IMG/VR virus record: IMGVR_UViG_3300033463_000056
Span: 30,279 to 94,278 of that record
From: a virus
Lineage: Duplodnaviria; Caudoviricetes
DNA: 64,000 nucleotides
Strand: one strand, 5' to 3'
A program made the translations under genes and the position numbers. This document shows positions 48,566 through 57,352 of the stretch, one piece after another; within the stretch, counting starts at the first letter, position 1, and every line of letters begins with the position of its first letter. The notes under the pieces are model-generated. The model did not search any database, was not told the DNA's origin, and saw nothing but the letters and a program-made list of their open reading frames with translations.

Positions 48566-49831
48566 ATGGCAAAAGCAACTGTTAAGATGAAGGAGGTCAA
48601 GAACCTCATCAATCACGCTATCGATACCAATCTCGAACTGGAAAAGAACGGCAAGACGCCGAGAGCAATCAGCTTCGAGGGAGAAGCTGGTACTGGCAAG
48701 ACATCCATTGTCCGCCAGGTGGCGAAAGAGCGCGGAATGAATTTCGTGAAGCTTAATTTCGCGCAGATTGACGAGGCGGGTGATTTGGCTGGTTATCCTA
48801 TCAAGGAATATGAATGCCAGATGGCTCGTCAGGTTAAGGATGAGAACGGTAATCCCAAGATGCAGGTTATGCCGGGAACTGTTTGGCTTAACGAAAAGCA
48901 GATTGACCAGCCGATGAAGGGCGTGGCTTATCGTCAGACCGGCAAGACAAGAATGGGCTATGCAAAGCCCGCGTGGGTTCCCGATTATAATGAAAAGGGA
49001 ACCATTGTTCTCTTTGATGACTATAATAGAGCGAATCAGGCTATCTTGAAGGCTGCGATGGATTTGATCCTTGAACAGAAGTATATCTCCTGGTCTCTTC
49101 CCGAGCGCACTACGATTGTCATTACCCAGAATCCGGATAATGGTTCGTATAACGTGGAATCCCAGGATGAGGCCCAGGGTGGACGATATCTTGATTTCAA
49201 GTCCGAGCTGGATATCGATGCATGGGCGCAGTGGGCGGAGACTTCCGGTATGGATGGTCGCTGCATCAATTTCGTCCTGACCTATTTCGGAGAGCTGTTC
49301 AATTCTGACGAAGACGGCAACCATATCTGTAACCCTCGTTCCTTCGAGATGTTCTCCGATATGATTTCCGGTATCAAGGATTGGGAGGTCCCTTCCAATC
49401 TCGAATTCATTCAGCTTATCGCGAAGGGTTGCTTCAAGGATGAAGGTGGTCGGTTCAACAAGATTTTTGCATCGTTCATTCGGAACAAGATGCACCTGCT
49501 CATTCAGCCGAAAGATGTTCTGCTCGGCGATTGGAAGACCATTCAGCAGAAGATGGAAGAGACGGTCTATGACGGTAACGGTCAGTATCGTCCCGATCTT
49601 GCTTCCCTGATTGAACGCAGGTTCGTGAACTATGTGTCTCTCTGGCTAGATTCCGACAAGGATACGCCTATCGATAAGGTTAAGAAGCGTATCGTGGATT
49701 TCATTGACAATCCGAAGATGCTCTTCAATAACGACCTGATGATTCATATGGTCAAGACCATTCTCTCCGACCACAAGCGTCAGACTTGCAAGTTGATGGG
49801 CGAACCGAAGATCGCGAAGCTTGCTGTTTAA
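48566..49831 (+). CDS. MoxR-like AAA+ ATPase
   Basis: GEAGTGKT, LFDDYNRA, NPRS; partner of the VWA gene. Confidence 0.88.
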   Translation: MAKATVKMKEVKNLINHAIDTNLELEKNGKTPRAISFEGEAGTGKTSIVRQVAKERGMNFVKLNFAQIDEAGDLAGYPIKEYECQMARQVKDENGNPKMQVMPGTVWLNEKQIDQPMKGVAYRQTGKTRMGYAKPAWVPDYNEKGTIVLFDDYNRANQAILKAAMDLILEQKYISWSLPERTTIVITQNPDNGSYNVESQDEAQGGRYLDFKSELDIDAWAQWAETSGMDGRCINFVLTYFGELFNSDEDGNHICNPRSFEMFSDMISGIKDWEVPSNLEFIQLIAKGCFKDEGGRFNKIFASFIRNKMHLLIQPKDVLLGDWKTIQQKMEETVYDGNGQYRPDLASLIERRFVNYVSLWLDSDKDTPIDKVKKRIVDFIDNPKMLFNNDLMIHMVKTILSDHKRQTCKLMGEPKIAKLAV

Positions 49832-50928
49832 TGTCACTATTTGGATATGTAAATATGGTAACAACGATTCATACCTACGACGAGCTATATCTTCTCGATG
49901 TCGGTATTCGTGGCGATAGAAGCTGCTATATTCCGTATGATGGAGAAATAGAATATCATAGAAGGGAAGTCATCAACAAGATGGCTTGCTACTTTCCGTA
50001 TGAACAGGGAGATTTGGTTTCATTGCTCTATGATGCGACTGTTACGGATAGTGTTCCTGTGGCGGGTAATCTTTATTTTGCAAAGGAGTGTAAGACGAAC
50101 CGTGATGTCTATCGTAATTCCGGTTATTCCATTGTCCGGGACGCTGATAAGGCAAATATCGTCGTGGTTCCAGATGTCCTTTCGGATTACTATACCAAGA
50201 TGACTTGCAATATCGTCGCAAAAGATGAGAGCTGCAACCATCTTTATCTTGTAACAATCAAGAAGAATGGTTACAGCAAGGGACAGTTCGACGCGGCAGA
50301 TCTCGATGCGGTAAGGAGTTATCTGCGTGATGTCAAAGGTTTCGTCGTTGACAATGCACAGTGTTTCAATCTCGCTGTTTGGTTCATTCCGAAATGCGAT
50401 ATCATCTGTGATGTCTTGAATTCTACTCACAAAGAGAGAGTGTATTGTCAGGAAAACAAGATTCCCATCAAGGCTCCTACGAATATCTGTCCGGAGACTC
50501 TTATCTTCTGGGAGAATATGACGGATATCAATCTTCTTACCCGTACTATCTGCACAAGCGACTGGAGGAATTATCCGCTTACCACGATGGTATTTCTCTC
50601 TATCAAGCAAGGTATGCCGGATTCGAATTTCACCAGATATATCACGGGGGACTTCAGGAATCTTATCAACAATGTCGGTTGGACTTATTGGGCAGACCTT
50701 AAGTATAATCTTGAAGGGCGTTCTGTCTCCCCGAAGGATTATAAGATGCTTCAGTCATATCTGTTCGCAAAGATTGGCGTCGATGAGAATGGCGGCTTCG
50801 TAGGCCAGAAAGACCTGAACCGTATTCCGAAGGAGCTTCAGGAATTGCTTCTTTTCAAGGTAGCATTGAAGCCTCAGGATATTCCGAATAAACTTAATCT
50901 GAATGTCATCAGAAATATTGTCGGATAG
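49831..50928 (+). CDS. hypothetical protein coupled to the MoxR gene
   Basis: ATG overlaps the ATPase stop. Confidence 0.65.
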   Translation: MSLFGYVNMVTTIHTYDELYLLDVGIRGDRSCYIPYDGEIEYHRREVINKMACYFPYEQGDLVSLLYDATVTDSVPVAGNLYFAKECKTNRDVYRNSGYSIVRDADKANIVVVPDVLSDYYTKMTCNIVAKDESCNHLYLVTIKKNGYSKGQFDAADLDAVRSYLRDVKGFVVDNAQCFNLAVWFIPKCDIICDVLNSTHKERVYCQENKIPIKAPTNICPETLIFWENMTDINLLTRTICTSDWRNYPLTTMVFLSIKQGMPDSNFTRYITGDFRNLINNVGWTYWADLKYNLEGRSVSPKDYKMLQSYLFAKIGVDENGGFVGQKDLNRIPKELQELLLFKVALKPQDIPNKLNLNVIRNIVG

Positions 50929-50929
50929 T

Positions 50930-50961
50930 ATTGTAATTTACTAACATTTTTGTTACATTTG
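50930..50961 (+). promoter_or_regulatory. sigma-70-type promoter with operator
   Basis: TACATTTG at 50954-61; AACATTTTTGTT at 50943-50954. Confidence 0.7.
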
Positions 50962-51142
50962 CTGTGGATTAACCACTTACAGCAGATGTGTCACTTAAAA
51001 CATAAAGGGGGAACCGCGTGGATAATGCCACAAGGCGGTATGGGGCGTTCTGTCCGGTTTTAGTCATACGAGGTTCTTATTTTCTATTCATTCAAGCTTA
51101 CCGTTCGGTTCCTCCTTTTTCTTTTAACAAATACCAATCAAT

Positions 51143-52168
51143 ATGAAGCACTCATTAAGAGATTATTCACTCAATCTTCCTGAGCAGGAGTATCACGACC
51201 TTCCATACTGGTCGTATTCTACGATTGCAAAGTATGCCCGTAATGGATTCTCTGCTATCGCTACGCTTCACGATAAGATTAAACCGACCCCGGAGATGGA
51301 ATTCGGTTCCTTGTTCGACAGCTTCATCACGAAGGGGAAGAAGACCTTGGAGGAGTACGCCGTCGTGGATTTCACCGTTCCACCCGCAGAGAAGGGCGTT
51401 CTGGATGTCCTTGCGGCTACTTCCTCCTATACGCATTTCGATGAGGTCCCGATGTATGATGTCATCAATGCCGCGGAGACGGTCAGTTATCAGCCCAAGT
51501 GGAAGCCGGATACGAGATACAGCCATATCTGCGAATACGCGAAATACTACGATACTGTCAAGTCCGGCAAGAAGCTCGTTTCCAAGCAGGACTGGGACGA
51601 TGCGATGGAGATGTATCGGGTTTTCCGCAACGACGCTTACCTGAAGAATATTTTCGGCGCGAAGGATACGGATGAAGTTGAGTTCATCTATCAGGCGCAG
51701 TTCAAGGTCAATGTCTGGATTGAAGCTGAGAATGTGACGGTGAAGATTATGCCAGATCTCATCATCGTCAATCATACGAACAGGACCATCCAGCTTGTCG
51801 ACCTAAAGACCAGCACGATGCCGGGGTATGATTTCGCCGAGCATTTCGTCAAGATGCGGTATGATATCCAGGGCGAGCTTTATACCGAGGTCATGAAGAT
51901 GATTGCGTATGCTGACGAGGAGTATATGGATTACACCTTCCTTCCGTATCTGTTCGTGGATATCTCCAGGGTCGACAAGGTTCCTGTTACATACGAGATC
52001 GACCTGTCCAACGGTTTCTCCTTCTCCAAGGGCGAGAAAGTGTATGAGTATAAGGGCTGGAAGGACCTGCTGGCGGAGATCCTTGTCTACGAAGCTAACG
52101 AGTCCAAGGTTCCTGATTATATCACCACTACTGGTCCGAATGATTTGATTGAAATCCTCGGAAGATGA
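51143..52168 (+). CDS. PD-(D/E)XK exonuclease (RecE/DUF3799-like)
   Basis: YH....SYS, FGSLFD, KIMPD...VDLKT...YDIQ..LY. Confidence 0.85.
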   Translation: MKHSLRDYSLNLPEQEYHDLPYWSYSTIAKYARNGFSAIATLHDKIKPTPEMEFGSLFDSFITKGKKTLEEYAVVDFTVPPAEKGVLDVLAATSSYTHFDEVPMYDVINAAETVSYQPKWKPDTRYSHICEYAKYYDTVKSGKKLVSKQDWDDAMEMYRVFRNDAYLKNIFGAKDTDEVEFIYQAQFKVNVWIEAENVTVKIMPDLIIVNHTNRTIQLVDLKTSTMPGYDFAEHFVKMRYDIQGELYTEVMKMIAYADEEYMDYTFLPYLFVDISRVDKVPVTYEIDLSNGFSFSKGEKVYEYKGWKDLLAEILVYEANESKVPDYITTTGPNDLIEILGR

Positions 52169-52599
52169 TGGAGAGAAAAACTGTACCGCTTCGTTTCTGC
52201 AAATCGAAGGTGCCGCTTGTTACTTTTCGACTTGTCGGGGAAGATTACTATGCAATTATTGATACGGGCTCGGAGACAACGATGCTTGGAATTCAATTGA
52301 ATGGCTTAGTGAAGATAAGAGAACTTGAAGGAGAAGGGAGTCTTGTCGGAATGAATGGGAAGAGTGAATACAATAAGATTACGCAAGGAGCGTGTTGTGC
52401 TACATTAGAAACCGTAGATGGCGAACAGGTAGAAGTAGTTCTCGGCGGAATGATGTATGATCTTACAGTTATTTCCAGTCATTTCAAGAATAAAAATGAT
52501 GAATTCATTCCGATTTCCGCAATTATTGGTGGTGAATTTCTGAAGCATTACAATGCGAAGATTGACTACAAAAAGAAAACATTGACCATCGATGGATAA
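52165..52599 (+). CDS. retropepsin-like aspartic protease
   Basis: AIIDTGS and IIGGEFLK motifs. Confidence 0.85.
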   Translation: MMERKTVPLRFCKSKVPLVTFRLVGEDYYAIIDTGSETTMLGIQLNGLVKIRELEGEGSLVGMNGKSEYNKITQGACCATLETVDGEQVEVVLGGMMYDLTVISSHFKNKNDEFIPISAIIGGEFLKHYNAKIDYKKKTLTIDG

Positions 52600-52892
52600 A
52601 TGGAAAGATAAGAATTTCGGCAAATGTCCTCAGGATCCAGATTATCTTGAGGACTATGACGCCGAAGAAGACTACGATAGATATCTTGACGAAGTTGAAC
52701 TGAAAGAAATGGAACGAGAGGGAAACTAATATGGAAATAGTAAAGTATATTCTTGATTTTTTCTTTGGGCCTGAATGTGGTTGGCATTTCCTAGGGTTGT
52801 GTGTCATATGTTTATGCCTTTCCTCAAAAACGTATAATTCAATTAATCATAAAGATGAGTGATATGGACACATACGAAAAGAAATACCAAAT

Positions 52893-53105
52893 ATGGGTTA
52901 CAAACGCGAATTGAGAGAGCCACGCGAATATGACGGGAGAAAAAGTTTATTTACGGATATGGGTGGAATCCGTGACGATATTCCTGCGGAACTGAAAGAT
53001 ATGTTCAAAGAAGCCGGAGGGCTCCTTGAATCATTTGGTGTTCCGTACTTAAAAAGAATAGTCTATTGCTATATGTATCACGCTTATAACATTAACAGAA
53101 AATGA
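52893..53105 (+). CDS. hypothetical protein
   Basis: 70-aa ORF. Confidence 0.5.
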   Translation: MGYKRELREPREYDGRKSLFTDMGGIRDDIPAELKDMFKEAGGLLESFGVPYLKRIVYCYMYHAYNINRK

Positions 53106-53259
53106 CACAAGACGAATTACGCGAACTCATGCGTGACAAGAATGAGAAAAGCATCCATCCTCTCATTGAGAAAATGACACTTCTTCTCTGTGAGGCATAC
53201 GAAACCGGATTTAATGTTGGGATAGAAATATCCGAAAAGTTACATCAAGCGAAATAGCC

Positions 53260-53733
53260 ATGACACAAGAAGAAAAGGCGAAAGCCTACGATATGGCTTT
53301 GGAAAGAGCAAGAGACTTCCACGACGGTCCTACCGCAAATATAGTAACGAGGACATTCCTTGAATCAGTTTTTCCCGAACTCCGCGAGAGCGAGGACGAG
53401 AGGATAAGGAAAGAGATTATTGACATCGTTGAATCTTATCGTAGTAACTGCGTTTACGAGGGTACGCATCGGTTTGACGAATGCATCGCTTGGCTCGAAA
53501 AGCAGAAAAAACAAGTAACTGATGAATCCGACAAGATTGCGGCAGCATATCAACTTGGGATAAAGGACAAAGAACAGAAGTCTGTGGAAGGTCTGGACGA
53601 GGCGGCGGATGTGTCTGCAAAAATGAAATATCCTTACGAGGGCGGTATGAAGGGAGAGATTTGCGAATACTCAATCCCAATCTTCGTAGATGGTTTCAAG
53701 GCCGGAGCGGAATGGGCGATGAAACAAAAATAA
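53260..53733 (+). CDS. modular Bacteroidales phage protein
   Basis: KAKAYD.AL, FPELRESEDERIRK, IAWLEKQ, FKAGAEW modules. Confidence 0.7.
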   Translation: MTQEEKAKAYDMALERARDFHDGPTANIVTRTFLESVFPELRESEDERIRKEIIDIVESYRSNCVYEGTHRFDECIAWLEKQKKQVTDESDKIAAAYQLGIKDKEQKSVEGLDEAADVSAKMKYPYEGGMKGEICEYSIPIFVDGFKAGAEWAMKQK

Positions 53734-53821
53734 AAGGAGCAGTCCCGAAAGACTGCCCACTCCGATAACTAATAAATGCTTCCAGGCGGCGGTATTAGTT
53801 AATGCAAAGATAAGAAAAATA

Positions 53822-53980
53822 ATTGGTAATTACCTTGGATTATCGGAAACCGTTTACCGTACATATATCCGTATGATGGACGAAACCGGGACGCAGTTCT
53901 TCCGTTATGTGAATATCAATGTATCTACCGGGGCATACACTAACGACTCCGGATGGAAAAAGATTGTACCGGCTACCTAA
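53822..53980 (+). pseudogene. start-less fragment resembling a tail-fibre C-terminus
   Basis: IGNYLGLSETVYRTYIRMMDETGTQFFRYVNINVSTGAYTNDSGWKKIVPAT*; its stop lies in the left arm of site C. Confidence 0.45.
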
Positions 53981-54007
53981 TCATTTTTTACCCTAATTGA
54001 TTGAATT

Positions 54008-54199
54008 ATGTGGATTAACGCAAAAGCAGAATTGCCCGAAAAGGAAGGATGGTATTTCGTATGCTCCAACGATATGGGAACACCAACCTCGCTTGGAATT
54101 TCGTATTGGGATGCCATCCTTGACAAGTGGCTTGATGTAGAAGGCGATGAGGACACGGGTATTGACTATTGGATGCCCGTCCCTCCTATCGTGGATTAA
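54008..54199 (+). CDS. DUF551-like cassette ORF
   Basis: MWINAK.ELPEK...YWMPVPP. Confidence 0.75.
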   Translation: MWINAKAELPEKEGWYFVCSNDMGTPTSLGISYWDAILDKWLDVEGDEDTGIDYWMPVPPIVD

Positions 54200-54222
54200 A
54201 TCCGGCCCTAATTGATTGAGAT

Positions 54223-54393
54223 ATGTATAGAATCGAATCACGCTATCCGTGCTATTACGGGTGTATTCCCGTCACGGGATATTTCGTTCAACGATTGCAA
54301 GAAGGTTTTTTGTTTGACAAGTGGGTGGATATTAAAGGGTTTGATAGTTATAAGAAAGCAAAAGAACTTCTTGACATCTTGAAAGGTAGATAA
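54223..54393 (+). CDS. 56-aa cassette ORF
   Basis: Hand translation MYRIESRYPCYYGCIPVTGYFVQRLQEGFLFDKWVDIKGFDSYKKAKELLDILKGR. Confidence 0.7.
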   Translation: MYRIESRYPCYYGCIPVTGYFVQRLQEGFLFDKWVDIKGFDSYKKAKELLDILKGR

Positions 54394-54416
54394 TTCCGGC
54401 CCTAATTCGCTGACTT

Positions 54417-54632
54417 ATGACTTGGTTATTGTCGCGTATATTTCCGCATTATTGGGAAGTGAGTTCTTTCGGACAGACTCCCGTTTGGAAAACTCATTTC
54501 CTAACAAAGAAGGAAGCATACGAATATGCAAATACGCATAAGGGTTGCGTTGTGGATTATTACATCAACGCAAGACCGTGGTATTTGATAAGAGTGTCTA
54601 AAGAACACAAAGCATTTTATCCAATTCGCTGA
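54417..54632 (+). CDS. 71-aa cassette ORF
   Basis: Between sites E and F; its TGA is the end of the F right arm. Confidence 0.65.
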   Translation: MTWLLSRIFPHYWEVSSFGQTPVWKTHFLTKKEAYEYANTHKGCVVDYYINARPWYLIRVSKEHKAFYPIR

Positions 54633-54635
54633 CTT

Positions 54636-54818
54636 ATGAAAGAACTTGAAAGGGCGATACAAACCATCGTGGATTTAACGGAAGATGATGATTATATCTG
54701 CGGGATGATGCACGAGACTTCTTCCGGGTCGGAATGGTGCAGAATGAACTGCGGAGAACGGACTTCCCCGGACTTCGTATGTTGCAAGGAATGGATATTT
54801 AACCATTGGAAAAGTTAA
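54636..54818 (+). CDS. Cys-rich 60-aa cassette ORF
   Basis: Between sites F and G. Confidence 0.65.
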   Translation: MKELERAIQTIVDLTEDDDYICGMMHETSSGSEWCRMNCGERTSPDFVCCKEWIFNHWKS

Positions 54819-54838
54819 ACACTTTTTACCCTAACTAT

Positions 54839-55015
54839 ATGAGCAACGAAGAAAATGAACTTGCTTGTTCTGGAACGGGCTGTCGTTTCAGGTTGGTCTG
54901 TGAGCGCTATATCAAGTGGATGACATCAGACGAAGCTGACATCGCTGCATTAATTCCTTTGTATGATAAAGGAGATTGCCCGAATTTGATTCGAACAAAA
55001 TTCTATGGCGGATAA
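54839..55015 (+). CDS. small Cys-rich protein
   Basis: ATG inside the site G right arm; CSGTGC....CERY...C. Confidence 0.6.
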   Translation: MSNEENELACSGTGCRFRLVCERYIKWMTSDEADIAALIPLYDKGDCPNLIRTKFYGG

Positions 55016-55487
55016 CATTATAAATGGCGGAATAATGGACAACAAACTCTTAAACAGGTTGACAAAGCAAGACATTGGCGAGATCGCGGATATGCTGAAA
55101 TCCGTAGATTCACCTGAGATTGATTCAGAGAAAAGAAATTCGGAAGTATTGAAACAGTTGAGGAAATCGAACGAAGATTATAAGCCGTACTGTAAAGACA
55201 GATATAAGGTTCTTCTCGAAATCGCAGAGAAAGTAACCGAGCATCATTATCAGGATAACCGTCAATTCGGGAACGTTCTTATCAAATGCCTCGTGTCAAA
55301 CCGGCTTCGTGACGAAGAATACACACTCAGTGAAATTGGCAGGGCGATGAACAAGCATCATTCAACTGTGATGTTCTACATTGACAAGATGAAGGATATG
55401 CTCTCATTGCCGTTGATGTATGCCAATGAAATCAGGATGCGAAATCTATTCAATATTGCAATTGAAGAACATGATGGACAGGAATAA
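55005..55487 (+). CDS. HTH protein with DnaA C-terminal-like motif
   Basis: TLSEIGRAMNKHHSTVMFY. Confidence 0.65.
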   Translation: MADNIINGGIMDNKLLNRLTKQDIGEIADMLKSVDSPEIDSEKRNSEVLKQLRKSNEDYKPYCKDRYKVLLEIAEKVTEHHYQDNRQFGNVLIKCLVSNRLRDEEYTLSEIGRAMNKHHSTVMFYIDKMKDMLSLPLMYANEIRMRNLFNIAIEEHDGQE

Positions 55488-55683
55488 GTTCTGGCGAACA
55501 GCTCTCGCAATTTCACTATGTATGATATTCCTCTGGCTTGGTTTCTGTTCCTGGAACTGGGCTTTCGAGCTTTCCGCAAAGACAAATCTGCCCGTAAAGG
55601 CATTTGATGTCATTGCGTGGTCACTTTGCTTTATGGGTTTCTTGTCTATCTGTATTGTGAACGAATGGAAAAGAAAGAACTGA
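55471..55683 (+). CDS. two-TM membrane protein
   Basis: Two hydrophobic helices. Confidence 0.55.
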   Translation: MMDRNKFWRTALAISLCMIFLWLGFCSWNWAFELSAKTNLPVKAFDVIAWSLCFMGFLSICIVNEWKRKN

Positions 55684-55880
55684 CGCTTGAAGAATCCATC
55701 TACACGCTGATGCGAAAGATGGACGGGAATACGAAACTTGTCGTTCCACTTCAACACTGGGCGCTGGTAAGAAATTACGCTGGACAGCTGCAAAGGGACT
55801 TCGATGCAAAGTACGAGGTACACAGGATGAAGACAAGGAATATGAAATACGACCTTATCTTGATAACACGAAGTCAATAA
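55665..55880 (+). CDS. small basic protein (recombination directionality factor candidate)
   Basis: Convergent on and overlapping the integrase 3' end; function inferred from position only. Confidence 0.45.
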   Translation: MEKKELTLEESIYTLMRKMDGNTKLVVPLQHWALVRNYAGQLQRDFDAKYEVHRMKTRNMKYDLILITRSQ

Positions 55881-57072
55881 CGCGCCTGTTGGCCTCATCT
55901 ACTTTGCTTTGTTCGAACTTCACATAGATTAAGGTAGTCCTATTCCCAGCCGAATGCCCCAATGCCTGACTTATGACATCCAATGGTATTCCGGCTTCGT
56001 AGGCGAAGGTCGCCCAGCAGTGTCTGGCATAGTAGGTCGAGATTTCCGGGATGACTGGTGTGATAATCCTTTCCGGCTTCGGCGGAGCGAACAGGTCATC
56101 AGGGTCGGGAACCATCTCCCATCTGACGTCTCCGATTTCCTTCAGACGGTCATTCATCTCGTGGGCGAAGTTGCGGTAGTCCTTGCAATGGTCCATCGCC
56201 TCCAGCAGATAGTCCTTCCCTTCATATCTTTTCAGCAGTTCCTCGGCTTCCGGTTCTATCCTGATTGAGTAGCGTTTGTGTGTTTTTTCGCGTATGTATT
56301 CCAGCCTGCCACCACTAACCTGTTCCTTTTTAACCAACAGCAGGTCCTTGGAATTCATCCCGATCAGGTAGAACATCAGCTTGAAGTAATCACGGTAACG
56401 GTTATTCGCCGGTGTCGTTGGATAGTCGAGGAACTTCCTGAAAAGTTCTATCGGGACGCTCCGTTTCTTCGTCGGTTCCTGCTTGATGGAGAAGTTCCTG
56501 AAGGCATAGGACAGGTTGTACTGGTGTGAACCGTAGTTGCACACCGCACGAAGGGAACGGAGATAGATGGCGCGACCATTCACCCCCTGACTCTTCGACA
56601 AAAACTTTTCAAACTGATGAATCCATTTCAAATCTATGTTTTCCATCTTCAACGACTTGCCTCCGAACGCAAGAACCTTCGACAGGGTAGCACGATAGAT
56701 ATCCTTCGTTCCATCAGAGATATCCGTAGCAAGATATTCCGCAAACAGTTCTGACACCAGATGACTGGAGACCCTCGGTTTATTGGATGTGATATGCGCC
56801 TTGATATCGGAGGCGGACATCCGATCAAATCTTTCATCAAAAGAAAGCAAGGCAATAGCGCGGTCTATCTTTCCTTTCTTTTCCTGGAGGGCGGCGTTCT
56901 GGGTTTCAGAGCCAACGGTTTTAATCCTTTCTCCGTCCCACTCGTTTGGAGCGACACGGATACCGGTGGATACCGTAGTCATAGTACGGTTATGAAAGAT
57001 ATGGATAAGGATAGTACCCTTACCGTCAGCGGCTCTGCCCCGCATATCGAGGTAGAATTTTGTGCTTGCCAT
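55855..57072 (-). CDS. int: tyrosine integrase (Bacteroidetes type, arm-binding plus SAM-like plus catalytic domains)
   Basis: KFYLDMR..DG...I.I.H...STGI.V..EW arm domain; YIREKT; YYARHCWAT; ISQALGHS..TT.IY. Confidence 0.93.
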   Translation of the reverse strand: MASTKFYLDMRGRAADGKGTILIHIFHNRTMTTVSTGIRVAPNEWDGERIKTVGSETQNAALQEKKGKIDRAIALLSFDERFDRMSASDIKAHITSNKPRVSSHLVSELFAEYLATDISDGTKDIYRATLSKVLAFGGKSLKMENIDLKWIHQFEKFLSKSQGVNGRAIYLRSLRAVCNYGSHQYNLSYAFRNFSIKQEPTKKRSVPIELFRKFLDYPTTPANNRYRDYFKLMFYLIGMNSKDLLLVKKEQVSGGRLEYIREKTHKRYSIRIEPEAEELLKRYEGKDYLLEAMDHCKDYRNFAHEMNDRLKEIGDVRWEMVPDPDDLFAPPKPERIITPVIPEISTYYARHCWATFAYEAGIPLDVISQALGHSAGNRTTLIYVKFEQSKVDEANRRVIDFVLSR

Positions 57073-57100
57073 TTGATTCTCTTTTCGCAAAGAAAAACAA

Positions 57101-57350
57101 TCTGCAATCAATCTGCAAGTTTTTCTGCAAACGGGCACAGAAGGCTGAAAGATTGACGAAAAATAAGAAAATCTTGGCAACCAAGTAACAAGATTGTTTC
57201 ATTACCTGATTGCCAAGACATTACAAGGTGGAGATAGTCGGATTCGAACCGGCGACCCCATGCTTGCAAAGCATGAGATAAACGACAATAACAATTTAAT
57301 AACCAAGCAGATACAAAATCTTTGGATTTATTCTGCAAATAAATCTGCAA
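57101..57350. other. attP: tRNA-Ala(TGC) 3'-half core with TCTGCAA arm-type repeats
   Basis: Minus strand 57275-57227 CATGC TTTGCAA GCATG GGGTC GCCGG TTCGAAT CCGAC TATCTCC ACC; TCTGCAA at 57101, 57112, 57124 and 57332, 57344. Confidence 0.85.
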
Positions 57351-57352
57351 AA

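Larger units (their letters stand above)
53977..54842 (+). repeat. array of five cassette sites (C-G)
   Basis: 53977-54004, 54192-54219, 54386-54413, 54605-54632 (degenerate), 54815-54842; spacer CCGGCCCT or TTTACCCT; right arm AATTGATTGA or AATTCGCTGA (AACTATATGA in G). Confidence 0.8.

Noticed and set aside
53977-54842. CRISPR array or classical integron interpretation of the repeat array
   Set aside because: Intervals are about 200 bp and protein-coding; repeats are degenerate; no cas or intI gene and no attC-type hairpins with GTTRRRY ends.
57227-57275. Functional tRNA-Ala gene
   Set aside because: Only the 3' half is present; interpreted as the attP core.
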